This document shows, in pieces, positions 53,041 through 54,447 of a stretch of DNA of 54,447 nt (position 1 is the first letter of the stretch; the number at the start of each line of letters is the position of its first letter). The notes beneath the pieces are model-generated. The model did no database searches and had not been told where the DNA came from. It saw nothing but the letters and a program-made list of their open reading frames with translations. Source of the DNA: Planctomycetota bacterium. GTDB lineage: Bacteria; Planctomycetota; Planctomycetia; Pirellulales; S012-138. The stretch is from NCBI GenBank assembly GCA_024279285.1, contig JAJRRR010000004.1, positions 1 through 54,447 on the forward strand. The letters are read 5' to 3'. The translations under genes and the position numbers were made by a program.

Positions 53041-53577
53041 GTGCGAGAGTTGATTTCGGCTCGGGCCATTCAGCAAGGAGTGGCCCAACTGGCTCAGCAC
53101 ATCAATCACTACTATCAAGACAAGCCCCTGACCCTCTTGGGCGTGATGACCGGATCGCTGGTGCTGGTGGCAGATGTGATCCGGCAACTGGAAATCCCTT
53201 TGCGAGTGGGAGTCATTCAAGCCCGAAGCTACCGAGGGCCCAGCACCGAACCAGGGGACCTGGACATTTGGGACTCCTATTTGCCCGATGTCCAAGGACG
53301 CCATGTGTTGGTGCTGGACGACATATTTGACACCGGACGCACTCTAGCCGCCTTGCAACAGCGACTCCAAAGGTTGGAACCGGCCTCATTGCGCTTTGCC
53401 GTGCTGCTGCGCAAAAAGGGGCGCCAACAGGTGGACTTGGAACCGGATTATGTGGTGTTTGAAATCCCGGATGTGTTCGTCGTCGGCTACGGACTGGACT
53501 ATCAAGACATGTATCGCCAACTGGACTATGTAGCCGCATTGGAGCCTGAGGATCTTCAAGCTCTGGAGGAGTGCTAA
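53041..53577 (+). CDS. hpt: Hypoxanthine(-guanine) phosphoribosyltransferase
   Basis: PLTLLGVMTGSLVLVADVIRQL...VLVLDDIFDTGRTL (PRPP-binding motif) ...FVVGYGLDYQDMYRQL. GTG start with AAGGAG 6 nt upstream. Confidence 0.9.
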   Translation: MRELISARAIQQGVAQLAQHINHYYQDKPLTLLGVMTGSLVLVADVIRQLEIPLRVGVIQARSYRGPSTEPGDLDIWDSYLPDVQGRHVLVLDDIFDTGRTLAALQQRLQRLEPASLRFAVLLRKKGRQQVDLEPDYVVFEIPDVFVVGYGLDYQDMYRQLDYVAALEPEDLQALEEC

Positions 53578-53580
53578 GCG

Positions 53581-54447
53581 TTGCGAATCGGGGTGGTGGC
53601 TCAGCAGTGTTGGCCTTTACCCAGTGCCGAGGCGGTCGCAGCGTGGCATCTGGCTGTGGCCCTGGTCCGAGTCGGGGTGGAGGTGGAACTGGTAGGTTGG
53701 AAACGCTGGAGTTGGGAGCCCGACCAAACCCATCTCCAGGGAATTCGTTGCTTTCGTCTCACTCCGCCCCGAGGGTTTCTTGCTCCGTGGCGAAAGGTGC
53801 GCACGTTGGCTCAATTTCTGCGAACCGCCTTGGCTCGGTACGAAGCCGTGGTGGTGTTGGCTGGCTCGGACCAGATGGTTGCGGTGGATCTGGCGGTGGC
53901 TCACAAGGTGCCTTGCTTGATCTGGCACACACAAGCTCAATGGCCTTCTCAACTTCTCCGACACTCCCTAGTGCATCATGCCACCTGTGTGCATTGGTTG
54001 TCGGAGTGCCAAGGGACCTTGTCGGTGCTTTTGCCAGGAGTGCAGGTGCAGATGCCGATTTCCCAGTGGGATGAGCCTTGCCGGATTCGCTCGCGGTGGC
54101 GGAAAGCCCGGCCGGGTTTGGCTGTGCCGGTGCAGAGGCCATTGGTATTGTTTGGGCCTCACGAGTCGGTTTTGCGGCACATCCGGTGGTTGGAGCAACT
54201 TCTGGCCCGAGTGCAACGACAAGCCCCCGGCACTTGGACTCCTGCGGTGCTGTGGCCCTGGTGGCACGCCGAGCCTCCCCAGTGGTTTTCTCGCTGGGGC
54301 GTAGTGCCCTTGGGGGGATTTGAGCCGTGGGAGGAGTTGATCGGAGCATGTGATCTTTGCGTGTGGTTGCCCGGGGAGGAAGCCGTACCCTGCTTTGTGA
54401 TCTACGCGTTGGCCTTAGGGCGCTTGGTGGTGGCTCCTTCCAGCCCG
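53581..54447 (+). CDS. Probable GT-B glycosyltransferase (family 1/4-like), 5' part only; runs off the window end
   Basis: My own translation of frame 1 is open from TTG 53581 (3 nt after the hpt stop) to the window end: LRIGVVAQQCWPLPSAEAVAAWHLAVALVRVGVEVELVGW...VLFGPHESVLRHIRWLEQLL...CDLCVWLPGEEAVPCFVIYALALGRLVVAPSSP. The N-terminal pattern and the late E-x7-like region resemble GT1/GT4 enzymes. Not in the ORF track because there is no stop. Confidence 0.5.
   Translation, partial: MRIGVVAQQCWPLPSAEAVAAWHLAVALVRVGVEVELVGWKRWSWEPDQTHLQGIRCFRLTPPRGFLAPWRKVRTLAQFLRTALARYEAVVVLAGSDQMVAVDLAVAHKVPCLIWHTQAQWPSQLLRHSLVHHATCVHWLSECQGTLSVLLPGVQVQMPISQWDEPCRIRSRWRKARPGLAVPVQRPLVLFGPHESVLRHIRWLEQLLARVQRQAPGTWTPAVLWPWWHAEPPQWFSRWGVVPLGGFEPWEELIGACDLCVWLPGEEAVPCFVIYALALGRLVVAPSSP

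Noticed and set aside
1-54447. CRISPR arrays, IS elements/transposases, toxin-antitoxin pairs and known defence-system genes
   Set aside because: I found no short regularly spaced direct repeats, terminal inverted repeats or diagnostic enzyme motifs (RT, nucleases, STAND ATPases, Cas) in any frame I inspected. This was a scan by eye and cannot exclude degenerate elements.

Overview
GC-rich, densely coding segment (GC judged by eye, not computed) that reads like core chromosome of a Planctomycetota/PVC bacterium. That assignment is an inference from the protein families present: a PVC-type CxxCH heme-binding protein, a BBP7/DUF1551-like outer-membrane barrel, a Tat-signal Gfo/Idh/MocA oxidoreductase, and giant exported TPR and WD40 proteins. 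I call about 41 CDS and one tRNA-His. Housekeeping content: dnaK (partial), pheA, a translationally coupled gcvT-gcvH-gcvPA-gcvPB-lipoate ligase operon, rsgA, rsmD, rtcA, argG, thiS-thiG, dapF, purN, ychF-like and hpt. I found no rRNA, CRISPR array, transposase, integrase or obvious prophage or defence genes. The long ORFs antisense to real genes are GC-driven shadows. Four observations merit follow-up. (1) At 29311-40768 sits a Tol-Pal/TonB-like cluster. It encodes a poly-CpoB-type TPR protein, ExbB/TolQ and ExbD/TolR. These are followed by a 3-TM protein with a roughly 700-aa disordered spacer and a prenyltransferase-like toroid head, then a tightly coupled propeller/HEAT/cytochrome c protein. 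(2) At 48809-52633 there is an orphan 1274-aa secretin with a five-fold repeated N-terminal module, followed by an exported 1179-aa multi-propeller WD40 protein. (3) At 43543-44034 there is a 492-bp ORF-free, A-rich convergent gap containing nested helices that suggest a structured RNA. (4) Several smaller oddities are listed in the findings. All functional calls come from reading motifs in the translations by eye; no database search was run.
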